This document shows positions 23,528 through 37,284 of a stretch of DNA of 64,000 bases, piece by piece (the stretch's first letter is position 1; the number at the start of each line of letters is the position of its first letter). Source of the DNA: Phyllobates terribilis (lineage: Eukaryota); assembly GCF_046119375.1 (NCBI RefSeq), contig NW_027362772.1, forward strand, positions 281,666,001-281,730,000, in the 5' to 3' direction. Both the position numbers and the translations under genes were made by a program. Below the pieces are notes generated by a model. That model did not search any database and was not told the origin of the DNA. It worked only from the letters and a program-made list of their open reading frames with translations.

Positions 23528-26500
23528 TATTACTGGGAGAGACACACAGTCCTCACATCCTGCCTATATTACTGGGAAAGATACACAGAGCTCACATCCA
23601 GCCTATATTACTGGGAGAGATACACAGACCTCACATCCAGCCTATATTACTGGGAGAGACACACAAATCTCACATCCAGCCTATATTACTGGGAGAGACA
23701 CACAGAGCTCACATCCTGCCTATATTGCTGTGAAATATAGACAGAGCTCACATCCAGCTTATATTACTGGGAGACACAGAACTCACATCCAGTCTATATT
23801 ACTGGGAGAGGAACACAGATCTCACATCCAGCCTACATTACTGGGAGAGACACACACAGCTCACATCCTGCCTATATTACTGGGAGAGACACACATAGCT
23901 CACATCCAGCCTATATTAATGGGAGAGACATACAGAACTCACATCCAGCCCATATTACAGGGAGAGACACACACAGCTCACATCCAGCCTATATTACTGG
24001 GAGAGACACAGAGCTCACATCCAGCCTATATTACTGGGAGAGACACACAGAGCTCACATCCAGCATATATTACTGGGAGAGACACACAGAGCTCACATCC
24101 TGCCTATATTACTAGGAGAGACACAGAGCTCACATCAAGCCTATATTACTGGGAAAGACACACACCTTACATCCAGCCTATATTACTGGGAGAGACACAC
24201 ACAGCTCACATCCAGCCTATATTACTGGGAGAGACACACAGAGCTCACATCCAGCCTATATTACTGGGAGAGACACACAGAGCTCACATCCAGCCTATAT
24301 TACTGGGAGAGACACACGGAGCTCACATCCAGCCTATATTACTGGGAGAGACACATAGACCTCACATCCAGCCTATATTACTGGGAGAGACACACAGAGC
24401 TCACATCCAGCCTATATTACTGGGAGAGACACACAGACCTCACATTCAGGCCATATTACTGGGAAAGACACACACCTCACATCCAGCCTATATTACTGGG
24501 AGAGACACAGAGCTCACATCCAGCCTATATTACTGGGAGAGACACAGAGCTCACATCCTGACTATATTACTGGGAGAGATACACAGACCTCACATCCAGC
24601 CTATATTACTGGGAGAGACACACACAGCTCACATCCTGCCTATATTACTGGGAGAGACACACAGAGCTCACATCCAGCCTATATTACTGGGAGAGATACA
24701 CAGAGCTCACATCCAGCCTATATTACTGGGAGAGACACAGAGCTCACATCCAGCCTATGTTACTGGGAAATACACACAGAGCTCACATCCAGCCTATATT
24801 ACTAGGAGAGACACAGAGCTCACAGCCAGCCTATATTACTGGGAGAGACACAGAGCTCACATCCAGACTATATTACTGGGAGAGATACACAGAGCTCACA
24901 TCCAGCCTATATTACTGGGAGAGATACAAAGAGCTTACATCCAGCCTATATTACTGGGAGAGACACACAGACCTCACATCCAGCCCATATTACTGGGAGA
25001 CACACAGACTTCACATCCAGCCTATATTACTGGGAGAGACATGCACACCTCATATACAGTCTATATTACTGGGAGAGACACGCAGACCTCATATACAGCC
25101 TATATTACTGGGAGAGACACACGGACCTTACATCCAGCCTATATTACTGGGAGACACGCAGACCTCATATACAGCCTATATTACTGGGAGAGACACACGG
25201 AGCTCACATCCTGCCTATATTACTGGGAAAGATACACAAAGCTCACATCCAGCCTATATTACTAGGAGAGACACAGAGCTCACATCCAGACTATATTACG
25301 GGGAGAGATACACAGAGTTCACATCCAGCCTATATTACTGGGAGAGATACACAGACCTCACATCCAGCCTATATTACTGGGAGAGACACACAGATCTCAC
25401 ATCCAGCCTATATTACTGGGAGACACACAGAGCTCACATCCTGCCTATATTACTGGAAAATATACACAGAGCTCACATCCAGCCTATATTACTGGGAGAC
25501 ACAGAGCTCACATCCAGCCTATATTACTGGGAGAGGAACACAGATCTCACATCCAGCCTACATTACTGGTAGAGACACACACAGCTCACATCCTGCCTAT
25601 ATTACTGGGAGAGACACACAGAGCTCACATCCAGCCTATATTACTGGGAGAGACACACAGAGCTCACATCCAGCCTATATTACTGGGAGAGACACACGGA
25701 GCTCACATCCAGCCTATATTACTAGGAGAGACACAGAGCTCACATCCAGACTATATTACGGGGAGAGATACACAGAGTTCACATCCAGCCTATATTACTG
25801 GGAGAGATACACAGACCTCACATCCAGCCTATATTACTGGGAGAGACACACAGATCTCACATCCAGCCTATATTACTGGGAGACACACAGAGCTCACATC
25901 CTGCCTATATTACTGGAAAATATACACAGAGCTCACATCCAGCCTATATTACTGGGAGACACAGAGCTCACATCCAGCCTATATTACTGGGAGAGGAACA
26001 CAGATCTCACATCCAGCCTACATTACTGGTAGAGACACACACAGCTCACATCCTGCCTATATTACTGGGAGAGACACACAGAGCTCACATCCAGCCTATA
26101 TTACTGGGAGAGACACACAGAGCTCACATCCAGCCTATATTACTGGGAGAGACACACAGAGCTCACATCCAGCCTATATTACTGGGAGAGACACAGAGCT
26201 CACATCCAGACTATATTACTGGGAGAGATACACAGAGCTCACATCCAGCTTATATTACTGGGAGAGATACAAAGAGCTTACATCCAGCCTATATTACTGG
26301 GAGAGACACACAGACCTCACATCCAGCCCATATTACTGGGAGACACACAGACTTCACATCCAGCCTATATTACTGGGAGAGACATGCACACCTCATATAC
26401 AGCCTATATTACTGGGAGAGACACGCAGACCTCATATACAGCCTATATTACTGGGAGAGACACACGGACCTTACATCCAGCCTATATTACTGGGAGACAC

Positions 26501-29500
26501 GCAGACCTCATATACAGCCTATATTACTGGGAGAGACACACGGAGCTCACATCCTGCCTATATTACTGGGAAAGATACACAAAGCTCACATCCAGCCTAT
26601 ATTACTAGGAGAGACACAGAGCTCACATCCAGACTATATTACTGGGAGAGATACACAGAGTTCACATCCAGCCTATATTACTAAGAGAGATACACAGACC
26701 TCACATCCAGCCTATATTACTGGGAGAGACACACAGATCTCACATCCAGCCTATATTACTGGGAGACACACAGAGCTCACATCCTGCCTATATTACTGGA
26801 AAATATACACAGAGCTCACATCCAGCCTATATTACTGGGAGACACAGAGCTCACATCCAGCCTATATTACTGGGAGAGGAACACAGATCTCACATCCAGC
26901 CTACATTACTGGTAGAGACACACACAGCTCACATCCTGCCTATATTACTGGGAGAGACACACAGAGCTCACATCCAGCCTATATTACTGGGAGAGACACA
27001 CAGAGCTCACATCCAGCCTATATTACTGGGAGAGACACACAGAGCTCACATCCAGCCTATATTACTGGGAGAGACACAGAGCTCACATCCAGACTATATT
27101 ACTGGGAGAGATACACAGAGCTCACATCCAGCTTATATTACTGGGAGAGATACAAAGAGCTTACATCCAGCCTATATTACTGGGAGAGACACACAGACCT
27201 CACATCCAGCCCATATTACTGGGAGACACACAGACTTCACATCCAGCCTATATTACTGGGAGAGACATGCACACCTCATATACAGCCTATATTACTGGGA
27301 GAGACACGCAGACCTCATATACAGCCTATATTACTGGGAGAGACACACGGACCTTACATCCAGCCTATATTACTGGGAGACACGCAGACCTCATATACAG
27401 CCTATATTACTGGGAGAGACACACGGAGCTCACATCCTGCCTATATTACTGGGAAAGATACACAAAGCTCACATCCAGCCTATATTACTAGGAGAGACAC
27501 AGAGCTCACATCCAGACTATATTACTGGGAGAGATACACAGAGTTCACATCCAGCCTATATTACTAAGATAGATACACAGACCTCACATCCAGCCTATAT
27601 TACTGGGAGAGACACACAGATCTCACATCCAGCCTATATTACTGGGAGACACACAGAGCTCACATCCTGCCTATATTACTGGGAAATATACACAGAGCTC
27701 ACATCCAGCCTATATTACTGAGAGACACAGAGCTCACATCCAGCCTATATTACTGGGAGAGGAACACAGATCTCACATCCAGCCTACATTACTGGTAGAG
27801 ACACACACAGCTCACATCCTGCCTATATTACTGGGAGAGACACACAGAGCTCACATCCAGCCTATATTACTGGGAGAGACACACAGAGCTCACATCCAGC
27901 CTATATTACTGGGAGAGACACACAGAGCTCACATCCAGCCTATATTACTGGGAGAGACACACACAGCTCACATCCAGCCTATATTACTGGGAGAGACATG
28001 CAGAGCTCACATCCAGCCTATATTACTGGGAGAGACACACAGACCTCATATCCAGCCTATATTACTGGGAGAGACACACAGAGCTCACATCCAGCCTATA
28101 TTACTGGGAGAGACACAGAGCTCACATCCAGACTATATTACTGGGAGAGATACACAGAGCTCACATCCAGCTTATATTACTGGGAGAGATACAAAGAGCT
28201 TACATCCAGCCTATATTACTGGGAGAGACACACAGACCTCACATCCAGCCCATATTACTGGGAGACACACAGACTTCACATCCAGCCTATATTACTGGGA
28301 GAGACATGCACACCTCATATACAGCCTATATTACTGGGAGAGACACGCAGACCTCATATACAGCCTATATTACTGGGAGAGACACACGGACCTTACATCC
28401 AGCCTATATTACTGGGAGACACGCAGACCTCATATACAGCCTATATTACTGGGAGAGACACACGGAGCTCACATCCTGCCTATATTACTGGGAAAGATAC
28501 ACAAAGCTCACATCCAGCCTATATTACTAGGAGAGACACAGAGCTCACATCCAGACTATATTACTGGGAGAGATACACAGAGTTCACATCCAGCCTATAT
28601 TACTAAGATAGATACACAGACCTCACATCCAGCCTATATTACTGGGAGAGACACACAGATCTCACATCCAGCCTATATTACTGGGAGACACACAGAGCTC
28701 ACATCCTGCCTATATTACTGGGAAATATACACAGAGCTCACATCCAGCCTATATTACTGAGAGACACAGAGCTCACATCCAGCCTATATTACTGGGAGAG
28801 GAACACAGATCTCACATCCAGCCTACATTACTGGTAGAGACACACACAGCTCACATCCTGCCTATATTACTGGGAGAGACACACAGAGCTCACATCCAGC
28901 CTATATTACTGGGAGAGACACACAGAGCTCACATCCAGCCTATATTACTGGGAGAGACACACAGAGCTCACATCCAGCCTATATTACTGGGAGAGACACA
29001 CACAGCTCACATCCAGCCTATATTACTGGGAGAGACATGCAGAGCTCACATCCAGCCTATATTACTGGGAGAGACACACAGACCTCATATCCAGCCTATA
29101 TTACTGGGAGAGACACACAGAGCTCATATCCAGCCTATGTTACTGGGAGAGACACACAGAAATCACATCCAGCCTATATTACTAGGCTGCAAACTACATA
29201 TCAGGGAATCTAAAAATGAACAAAAGAATGAAGACTGGAGAGTTAAACTTAGTGCAATGTTATTAACCAAAGGTAAACACATGTAAAATCATTTTATCCA
29301 AGTCAAAGGTATGCATAGCCTTTGAACCATTTATGGGGTGTTTTCCTTCGGGAAATCAATGGTGTATCAGTCGGTGGTCTTCTCTCATGCATCTATGACA
29401 AGATCACTTTAACTGGATTTCCCCTTTGAACTACTCAGCTCGTTCTCGGTGCACGTCAGCATTACACAATGCGAGATGAAGCCGGCTGTGACACAATGAA

Positions 29501-31556
29501 GGTGAACTTTAATCAGGATCATCCAGTTCTGTATAGTTGGAGGTCTAACGCTGCCCATTGGACTTTGGCGTTGATTTAAGCTACAGACTTTTGCAGACAG
29601 AATGAAAACAGCAGATAACGAGCATGTAGCGGAGATAAGAACTCAGGAGCAGTCAACTTCGCCCCAGTTTTCAATGTTTGTACACAAAAACGCAAACATG
29701 TGACAGGTGCGATGCCCCATCCCCAACTAGGGGCCACACATGGCTGGAGTAGATCCCCAGTTAGGCGATTGGGTGACTGACGATAGGAACCCGGAGTTCT
29801 GACTTTGCACTGACAACCATGACATTCCTCATTGACAATATCGAAGAGCTGTCCGAACCCAATATGGACAGTACGACACATATTTTCTTTGTTAGGTGGG
29901 ATTCATAACATGCAATACAATATGTAACTTTTTCTTTTATAGATATCACCTCCATTTTTGAGTTCAATGTTGCACTAGAGTATCAATCTGGACGATTTAC
30001 AAGCTCCAAAATCTTCCGGACCGACCCAATACAGATTATACTAAAGCTCGCTGATTTTGGGGGGATAGGATGACCACCCAATGTGCTTGAGGATCTCTCA
30101 GATTCATCCATTGGAGGAGATGAGGATCAGACAGTTTGGACTCAAAAATCCAATCCTCATGTTATTCCCGGAGAGAAGCCGCCAAAAGTGTCTGGCAGCG
30201 GCTTTATCCATTGGAATGGAATCTCAGCAAAGCCCAATATTTTGGGAAATTGGGACAGATAGCAATCTAAGATGTATGGGAACGATAATATTATGCCATC
30301 CAGACAGAATGTATCAGAATCTTCTCCAGTAACTTGCTCAACTTTTGCAAGATATATATATACTGTATATGCCCTGGTGGAAACATCGATCACCGTTGCA
30401 GTATTTTTCCAAAAACTACAATGTTTCTTTGTTAGTGACACAGTTATCTCAGTGCATTCTTCAAGGTGCAGTACTGGAGAACGGCCACTACTCGGTGTCC
30501 GGAGCTGAGATTTTCCACTTCTTAAGTTCTTTATATAGGGCGGCTACGGGACCTAAAAACAGCTGATCAGTGGTGATGCCGGGTGTCGGACTGCCACCGA
30601 TCTGATTTTGTCTACCTATCCTGAGGACAGGTCATCAATATATTTTGCTATAGTTAGATGGGCCGATAATTGTTCCAAGTAACGCTCGTTCCCGCCCCAC
30701 TATTAGGGCACAGTCAGAAGATCCTAAAAATCCGATCGAGATCGGATGGCAAGGGATGGACTGGCCGGCGGCTCTCCTGACCCAAGCACGACAGCTGCAT
30801 AGAAATACATGAAGCTGCCATGCTCGGGTAGGTAGAGCCGCCGGCCAGTCCATCCCTTGCCGTCCGATTTATATGACCGTCTGACTGCATCCTTAGGTCA
30901 TCTAATCACCTTGATGTACAAGCAAAACACATGTCCGTTGGGCACAATGCATGTATTCATGCATGGAGCCAACAGGTGGTCATTTACTGGTTACAGATGA
31001 CATGTCTAAACCAAGCGTTATAGACAACCCCTTTAATTTTTGGCAGGGAGTGTGTAAATAAAAAGACTATTTTGCAAGTTTTTTTTTTTTTTCTCTGAGC
31101 AATACCCAACTCATATCTTTTTATTTTTTAGCTTTTACTACTTTTATTCTAAGAGCCATAACTTTTTTCTTACTTCCTCCATCAGCAGAGGAATGGCGCA
31201 AGTGCTTGTTCCTTGCGGAATGAATTGATGTTTCCATTGGGACACATACTTCTTCTTGTCTGCTTTTTATTTCAGATTCTACAAGAAAGACAAACAAAAA
31301 AACAGTAATTCTCACATTGTATATATTTTTTTTTTACAAATGCATTGATACCAAGTATGAATACTGTACAGCTATATACATATATTTTAAAGAAATGATT
31401 TTAATTAGGGTGTTCTATTTTTTAAGTATTTTTTAAAAAATTAAAAACTTTTTTTTTTAAGTTTTATTTTGCGTAAAAATATCGCATAAATAGTAGGATA
31501 TTTGCTTTCCCTCTCAATAGATCTATGTAGGAAATATCACGCTACGCAGGAAATAA

Positions 31557-31572
31557 TGCCCCCTTGTGGTCA
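31557..31572 (-). promoter_or_regulatory. Candidate CTCF site (TGACCACAAGGGGGCA)
   Basis: Close match to CTCF core CCASYAGRKGGC, in non-repetitive sequence upstream of apoa5. Confidence 0.45.
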
Positions 31573-31599
31573 GTGGGTATATTACGTCATTGCAAAAAT

Positions 31600-31805
31600 A
31601 GTCTTGTGTGTATTTCCCATAAGATCAGACGTGCTGCTGACGACATCTCTTCTGAAGAAACCTCGTTTACACCACGGACAAAGAGGCGGCACCAATCTGC
31701 TTACATTTCACAAGTGCTTTAAAATGTCAGCGTGAAAGCATGAAGCCACCGAAATCTCCGCTTCACTCCAGGATTTACCGCTGACCGGGGAAGAAAGTAC
31801 TGCAG
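31600..31805 (+). other. apoa5: Possible non-coding first exon of apoa5 (5' end unknown)
   Basis: Strong donor CAG|GTAAGA at 31806, 1.5 kb upstream of the ATG exon; no clear TATA box. Confidence 0.3.
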
Positions 31806-32762
31806 GTAAGACTTCCATCACCCTCCATATCACTGCATTATCCTATAGTATCAGCCTGCAATCATCATTCATTCAGGGCTAATATACAGCATAAAAGTTG
31901 TATAGAATACGGCGTAAACTCCATGACTTTAGGAAAAGAAATAAACTTTATGCTTTTTCCAATTCATTCAAATATAGGATTTTTTTTTTACATTCTTTTT
32001 AGAATGTTTCATTAAAAAACAATAATGAAAAAATTCCATAAGTCTGAGATTTGCCTTTACTTGCCATGTTGGTTCATTATTGGCTTTTATTGCTTATATT
32101 AAAATACCGTAATATTTGTGCTCATTGCAAAAAATGATAGGTGGAAGTATAACAGTATAATTGTACTTACAGGGTCCTAATGTTAAATCAGGGGCCCCGG
32201 CTGCCATATGCTATATATAATACTGTAGCTACGGATAGAAAGAGTGCCCCCAAGAGGAGACTAAAGTGAAGGATTATCTATGCAAAAATCCCCAGGATGA
32301 AAAGAGGGGGTACATCACTCCCCCGATCAAATATTAATGGGGGTCCCAATAGTCCGATCTGTAGTGATCATATATACCCCTTTTAATATATCTCTGCATC
32401 TTTCTAAAGCTGTTGGCATGAAGAAAATAAAAGTTGGCACTTTTTAACCATCTTTTTAAAATCCTCAGATCTCTCTGCATTGCACTTTTTCTTTTCATTA
32501 TGCCCTTAGTCTGCCAGGTTAGTCTGGTATTTTGTTAATGGTATGAATGATCTGACAGTAGATTGATCAGCCGCCTTCTGGACGATCATAATCTCAAGTT
32601 TATGGCCAGACCGAGATAGCGACTCCTAGTTAGAGAGAGAGCCGCTGGTTGGGGAATAAAGCGCTAAGGCTACATTCACACATTGCACATTTTGTGCGTT
32701 GAGTGTCGGCTGCTAAGTCTGCGTGTATGTGGAGCTTGCTGCAGATTTCAGCCTTTCTATAT

Positions 32763-33214
32763 TAGAGATGAATGAATCAATTTGCAGGATCCTGGTCTAA
32801 TGGGATGGGAGCCTTGGGAACTGTCTCCTACCTGCCGGCATTTCCGTCGTGCCGAGTCTGCAAATCAGAAGAGGTTCCGGCGTTCCAGCAAGTAGAAGGC
32901 GGCCACAGAGCATACAGACTTGGCAGTTTAAATTACGTGGCTCCACTCCGGCAGACATGGGATAATAACCCGGCAGCCGCAATTCCGTGGCTCCAGTTCC
33001 GCAGCCATGGGATACTGACCTGGCCACTGCAATTTCATGGTCTCTGTCCTGTGGCCATGGAATACTGACCTGGCCATTGCAATTCTGTGGCTCCAGTCCT
33101 GTGGCCATGGAAGACTGACCTGGTCATTGCTATTCCGTGGCTCCCATTCGGTGGCCATGGAATACTAACCTGGCTGCAGGACCAGGATCCAGCAAATATA
33201 TTCACTCATTGCTG
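32763..33214. mobile_element. hAT-type MITE with internal ~50-bp tandem repeats (32930-33175)
   Basis: tagagatgaatgaatcaatttgcaggatcctggtc inverted at ~33180-33214; 4-5 copies of gcaattccgtggctccagtt...cctggccact. Confidence 0.65.
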
Positions 33215-33312
33215 CCATGTTCATGAAAGTTATACTAACATTATTCCATCTTTATGAAAGGTTTCTACATTTTGTATTCTTGAAAATTGAGCTTTAAGTC
33301 CGTGGCTCACAA

Positions 33313-33361
33313 ATGGCACGTGGGAAGGTCTTGTGTCTGTTGCTGATCTTGGGTATAGATG
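33313..33361 (+). CDS. apoa5: apoA-V coding exon 1 (signal peptide MARGKVLCLLLILGID|G)
   Basis: 49-nt phase-1 exon with donor GTAAGT; hydrophobic core; joins the next exon in frame. Confidence 0.75.
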
Positions 33362-33777
33362 GTAAGTTTTCATTACACTGCATTATCTCCAAAAATCAAA
33401 ATCGCCAGCAAATTTTAAGAATGTATGAATTGTAGCCTTTCTTAAACTAACAACAACAAAAAAGATGTCACAATGCAGAAAGATAAACTCAACACTTAAA
33501 AGGAATCTGTTAGTAGGATCAACCCCTTAAGCCGTCCATATGGGCATGTAGGTCATAGGAAGCTGAATAAAATGACACCTTGATATTTGCGATCCGATGT
33601 CTTATTCCAGTGAAATCCACATTTTTCTTAATATGTAAATGAGCTGTTAAGATCTATGGGCCGGATATAGATCTCCCCGAGAATCTTCCTCCAGAACTTA
33701 TTGTAAATGGCAGGGGCCGTTATCACTGTGAGACATGTAATGACTGACAGACTGCTCTCCTGATCTGTAACCATATA

Positions 33778-34244
33778 CAGTACAGACCAAAAGTTTGGAC
33801 ACACCTTCTCATTTAAAGATTTTTCTGTATGTTCATGACTATGAAAATTGTACATTCACACAGTCACCAGACCTGAACCCAATCGAGATGGTTTGGGGTG
33901 AGCTGGACCGCAGAGTGAAGGCAAAAGGGCCAACAAGTGCTAAGCATCTCTGGGAACTCCTTCAAGATTGTTGGAAGACCATTTCCGGTGACTACCTCTT
34001 GAAGCTCATCAAGAGAATGCCAAGAGTGTGCAAAGCAGTCATCAAAGCAAAAAGGTGGCTACTTTGAAGAACCTAGAATATAAGACATATTTTCAGCTGT
34101 TTCACACTTTTTTGTTAAGTATATAATTCCACGTGTTAATTCATAGTTTTGATGCCTTCAGTGTGAATGTACAATTTTCATAGTCATGAAAATCCAGAAA
34201 AATCTTTAAATGAGAAGGTGTGTCCAAACTTTTGGTCTGTACTG
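33778..34244 (+). mobile_element. Internally deleted DD38E (Intruder-type) Tc1 copy, 467 bp
   Basis: CAGTACAGACCAAAAGTTTGGACACACC termini, TA flanks; keeps only the 3' end of the transposase (SPDLNPIE...). Confidence 0.9.
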
Positions 34245-34297
34245 TATTTAATTTTTACTTCATAAGTCAATATTACACGTGAAAATAATCAACTATA

Positions 34298-35918
34298 CAG
34301 TACAGACCAAAAGTTTGGACACACCTTCTCATTTAAAGATTTTTCATGATTTTGAAAATTGTACATTCACACTGAAGGCATCAAAACTATGAAATAACAC
34401 ATGTGGAATTATATACTTAACAAAAAAGTGTGAAACAACTGAAAATATGTCTTATATTCTAGGTTCTTCAAAGTAGCCACCTTTTGCTTTGATGACTTCT
34501 TTGCACACTCTTGGCATTCTCTTGATGAGCTTCAAGAGGTAGTCACCGGAAATGGTCTTCCAACAATCTTGAAGGAGCTCCCAGAGAAGCTTAGCACTTG
34601 TTGGCCCTTTTGCCTTCACTCTGCGGTCCAGCTCACCCCAAACCATCTCGATTGGGTTCAGGTCTGGTGACTGTGGAGGCCAGGTCATCTGGCGTAGCAC
34701 CCCATCACTCTCCCTCTTGGTCAAAGAGCCCTTACACAGCCTGGAGGTGTGTTTGGGGTTATTGTCCTGTTGAAAAATAAATGATGGTCCAACTAAACGC
34801 AAACCGGATGGAATAGCATGCCGCTGCAAGATGCTATGGTAGCCATGCTGGTTCAGTATGCCTTCAATTTTGAATAAATCCCCAACAGTGTCACCAGCAA
34901 AGCACCCCCACACCATCACACCTCCTCCTCCATGCTTCATGGTGGGAACCAGGCATGTAGAGTCCATCCGTTCACCTTTTCTGCGTCGCACAAAGACAAG
35001 GTGGTTGGAACCAAAGATCTCAAATTTGGACTCATCAGACCAAAGCACAGATTTCCACTGGTCTAATGTCCATTCCTTGTGTTCTTTAGCCCAAACAAGT
35101 CTCTTCTACTTGTTGCCTGTCCTTAGCAGTGGTTTCCTAGCAGCTATTTTACCATGAAGGCCTGCTGCACAAAGTCTCCTCTTAACAGTTGTTGTAGAGA
35201 TCTGTCTGCTGCTAGAACTCTGTGTGGCATTGACCTGGTCTCTAATCTGAGCTGCTGTTAACCTGCGATTTCTGAGGCTGGTGACTCGGATAAACTTATC
35301 CTCAGAAGCAGAGGTGACTCTTGGTCTTCCTTTCCTGGGGCGGTCCTCATGTGAGCCAGTTTCTTTGTAGCTCTTGATGGTTTTTGCAACTGCACTTGGG
35401 GACACATTCAAAGTTTGCCCAATTTTTCGAACGGACTGACCTTCGTTTCTTAAAGCAATGATGGCCACTCGTTTTTCTTTACTTAGCTGCTTTTTTCTTG
35501 CCATAATACAAATTTTAACAGTCTATTCAGTAGGACTATCAGCTGTGTATCCACCTGACTTCTGCACAACACAACTGATGGTCCCAACCCCATTTATAAG
35601 GCAAGAAATCCCACTTATTAAACATGACAGGGCACACCTGTGCAGTGAAAACCATTTCCGGTGACTACCTCTTGAAGCTCATCAAGAAAATGCCAAGAGT
35701 GTGCAAAGCAGTCATCAAAGCAAAAGGTGGCTACTTTGAAGAACCTAGAATATAAGACATATTTTCAGTTGTTTCACATTTTTTTGTTAAGTATATAATT
35801 CCACATGTGTTAATTCATAGTTTTGATGCCTTCAGTGTGAATGTACAATTTTCAAAATCATGAAAATACAGAAAAATCTTTAAACGAGAAGGTGTGTCTA
35901 AACTTTTGCTCTGTACTG
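34298..35918 (-). mobile_element. Full-length DD38E (Intruder-type) Tc1 element in apoa5 intron
   Basis: TA TSD; ~260-bp TIRs (34298-34556, 35651-35918). Confidence 0.95.
34452..35504 (-). pseudogene. DD38E transposase, 350 codons, single in-frame stop at codon 133
   Basis: ORFs 35106-35504 and 34452-35048 are in the same frame; WSDES, QQDNNPKH..38 aa..E. Confidence 0.92.
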
Positions 35919-36323
35919 TATAAACATACAAATATATATTAATACCTCTTTAGAGAAATCTGCTTCTTTCTCTTCCTGGGCTGATCTTTCTCTCTCAATC
36001 CATGGATAAAATTTGTATTCAGTGGACAGATCTCCTTATTACTGAGATAGGAGATGACAGTTGGTGCTCACAAGATTCTATGCAGAGAGGAGGAGCTAGA
36101 GGCCGACATGGACATTCAGCTGCAGTTCTCCATAGAACTTTATAAGCACCAACTGTCATCTCCTGTCTTGGTAATGAGAAAGTCTGTATTCACTGCAGAC
36201 ACATTTTACTCGCGAACTGAGAATTTTGAGAATGAAAGATCAGTCCAGGAACAACTAAAACAATGGTTTATGATATTGGTTAAGTTTATTTTCCACTTTT
36301 TAATGTGACTTTTTCCTTGTCAG

Positions 36324-36429
36324 GTTGCCAGGCCGATTATACTAGAAATGGCTTCTGGGATTATTTCAGCCACTTGGCCACTGAGAAAAATGAATGGCAT
36401 CTTCATAAGGATCCGGTGACGGAAGTCAG
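36324..36429 (+). CDS. apoa5: apoA-V coding exon 2 (CQADYTRNGFWDYFSHLATEK...)
   Basis: GFWDYFS motif as in human APOA5; acceptor ttttccttgtcag, donor AG|GTGGGT; phase 1 to phase 2. Confidence 0.9.
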
Positions 36430-37284
36430 GTGGGTTTAGCTGAAACTCAAACATATGATCCTGGATAGCTATGTGGCAAGAAAAAAAAACTTTTATCTCG
36501 GGTAGCAAACTTTAATTAAAGGCACAGATAACGAGTGCTTGTCGTCTGACTGGGAGAAAAATGTATTTAATTTATTTCCTCCACGAGCTGCCGGCTTTCA
36601 GTCATGGGGGCGTGCACAGAGTGGCTACAGTCACCGCTCTCTTTCCTGTGAGTGGCAGCTGTAAGAACGCCCTGGCACTTTGATTGACAGCCTGCTGCAT
36701 GGCACATCTGTGCAGAGCGAGCTGTCAATCAAAGTGCCATGGTGTGCTTACAGTTGCCGCTCATAGGATAGTGAGTGGAGCTGCTCCGTGAACCCGCCCA
36801 TGACTGAAAGCCGGCAGCTCCTGGAAGGAAATAAGTTGTTCTCTTGGTAGCCACACTTTCAGTAAGGTGGCCGGGCAGCATTGTAACGCTACTTATCTGC
36901 AGATTACATATTGTGTACAAAGCTGACAGGTTCCCTTTAAGCCATACATGTCAACCCACGCAGAACGATCTGGCAGCTCCTGGAAAAGGGAGAGACTTCA
37001 TGACTCTTGGAAGAAATGCCAAATTTCCAGGGTGCAGATGAAACCTCTAACACTTCACAAAACGCAACGCTCCCAAAAGGTCTCCTTGCACGACGCCGGA
37101 ATACTGTGCCATGAGATCGTGTCCAATGACAACATGACTAAGTACAAAAATTTGGCCCAACACATGGATCATATTCCGGAATCGTGACAAATGTGGCTAA
37201 AGCTGTTTACAATCAGGTAATTTACTGTGATGGAAACATGAAAACATCCAACTGATGTTAATCTTTTATTTTATTCCTCTCTAG

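Larger units (their letters stand above)
21470..29185. repeat. ~37-41 bp satellite array (cacagagctcacatccagcctatattactgggagagaca) with higher-order blocks; main body 23528-29185
   Basis: Unit visible; interrupted by a solo LTR and a Tc1 element near its left end. Confidence 0.95.

Noticed and set aside
23730-28606. 511-aa and other repetitive ORFs; superficial CRISPR-like periodicity
   Set aside because: Head-to-tail satellite monomers with no unique spacers and no cas genes; eukaryotic context
30038-30065. Kinase-like ILKLADFG motif
   Set aside because: No HRD/catalytic loop upstream and a stop two codons later; probably chance
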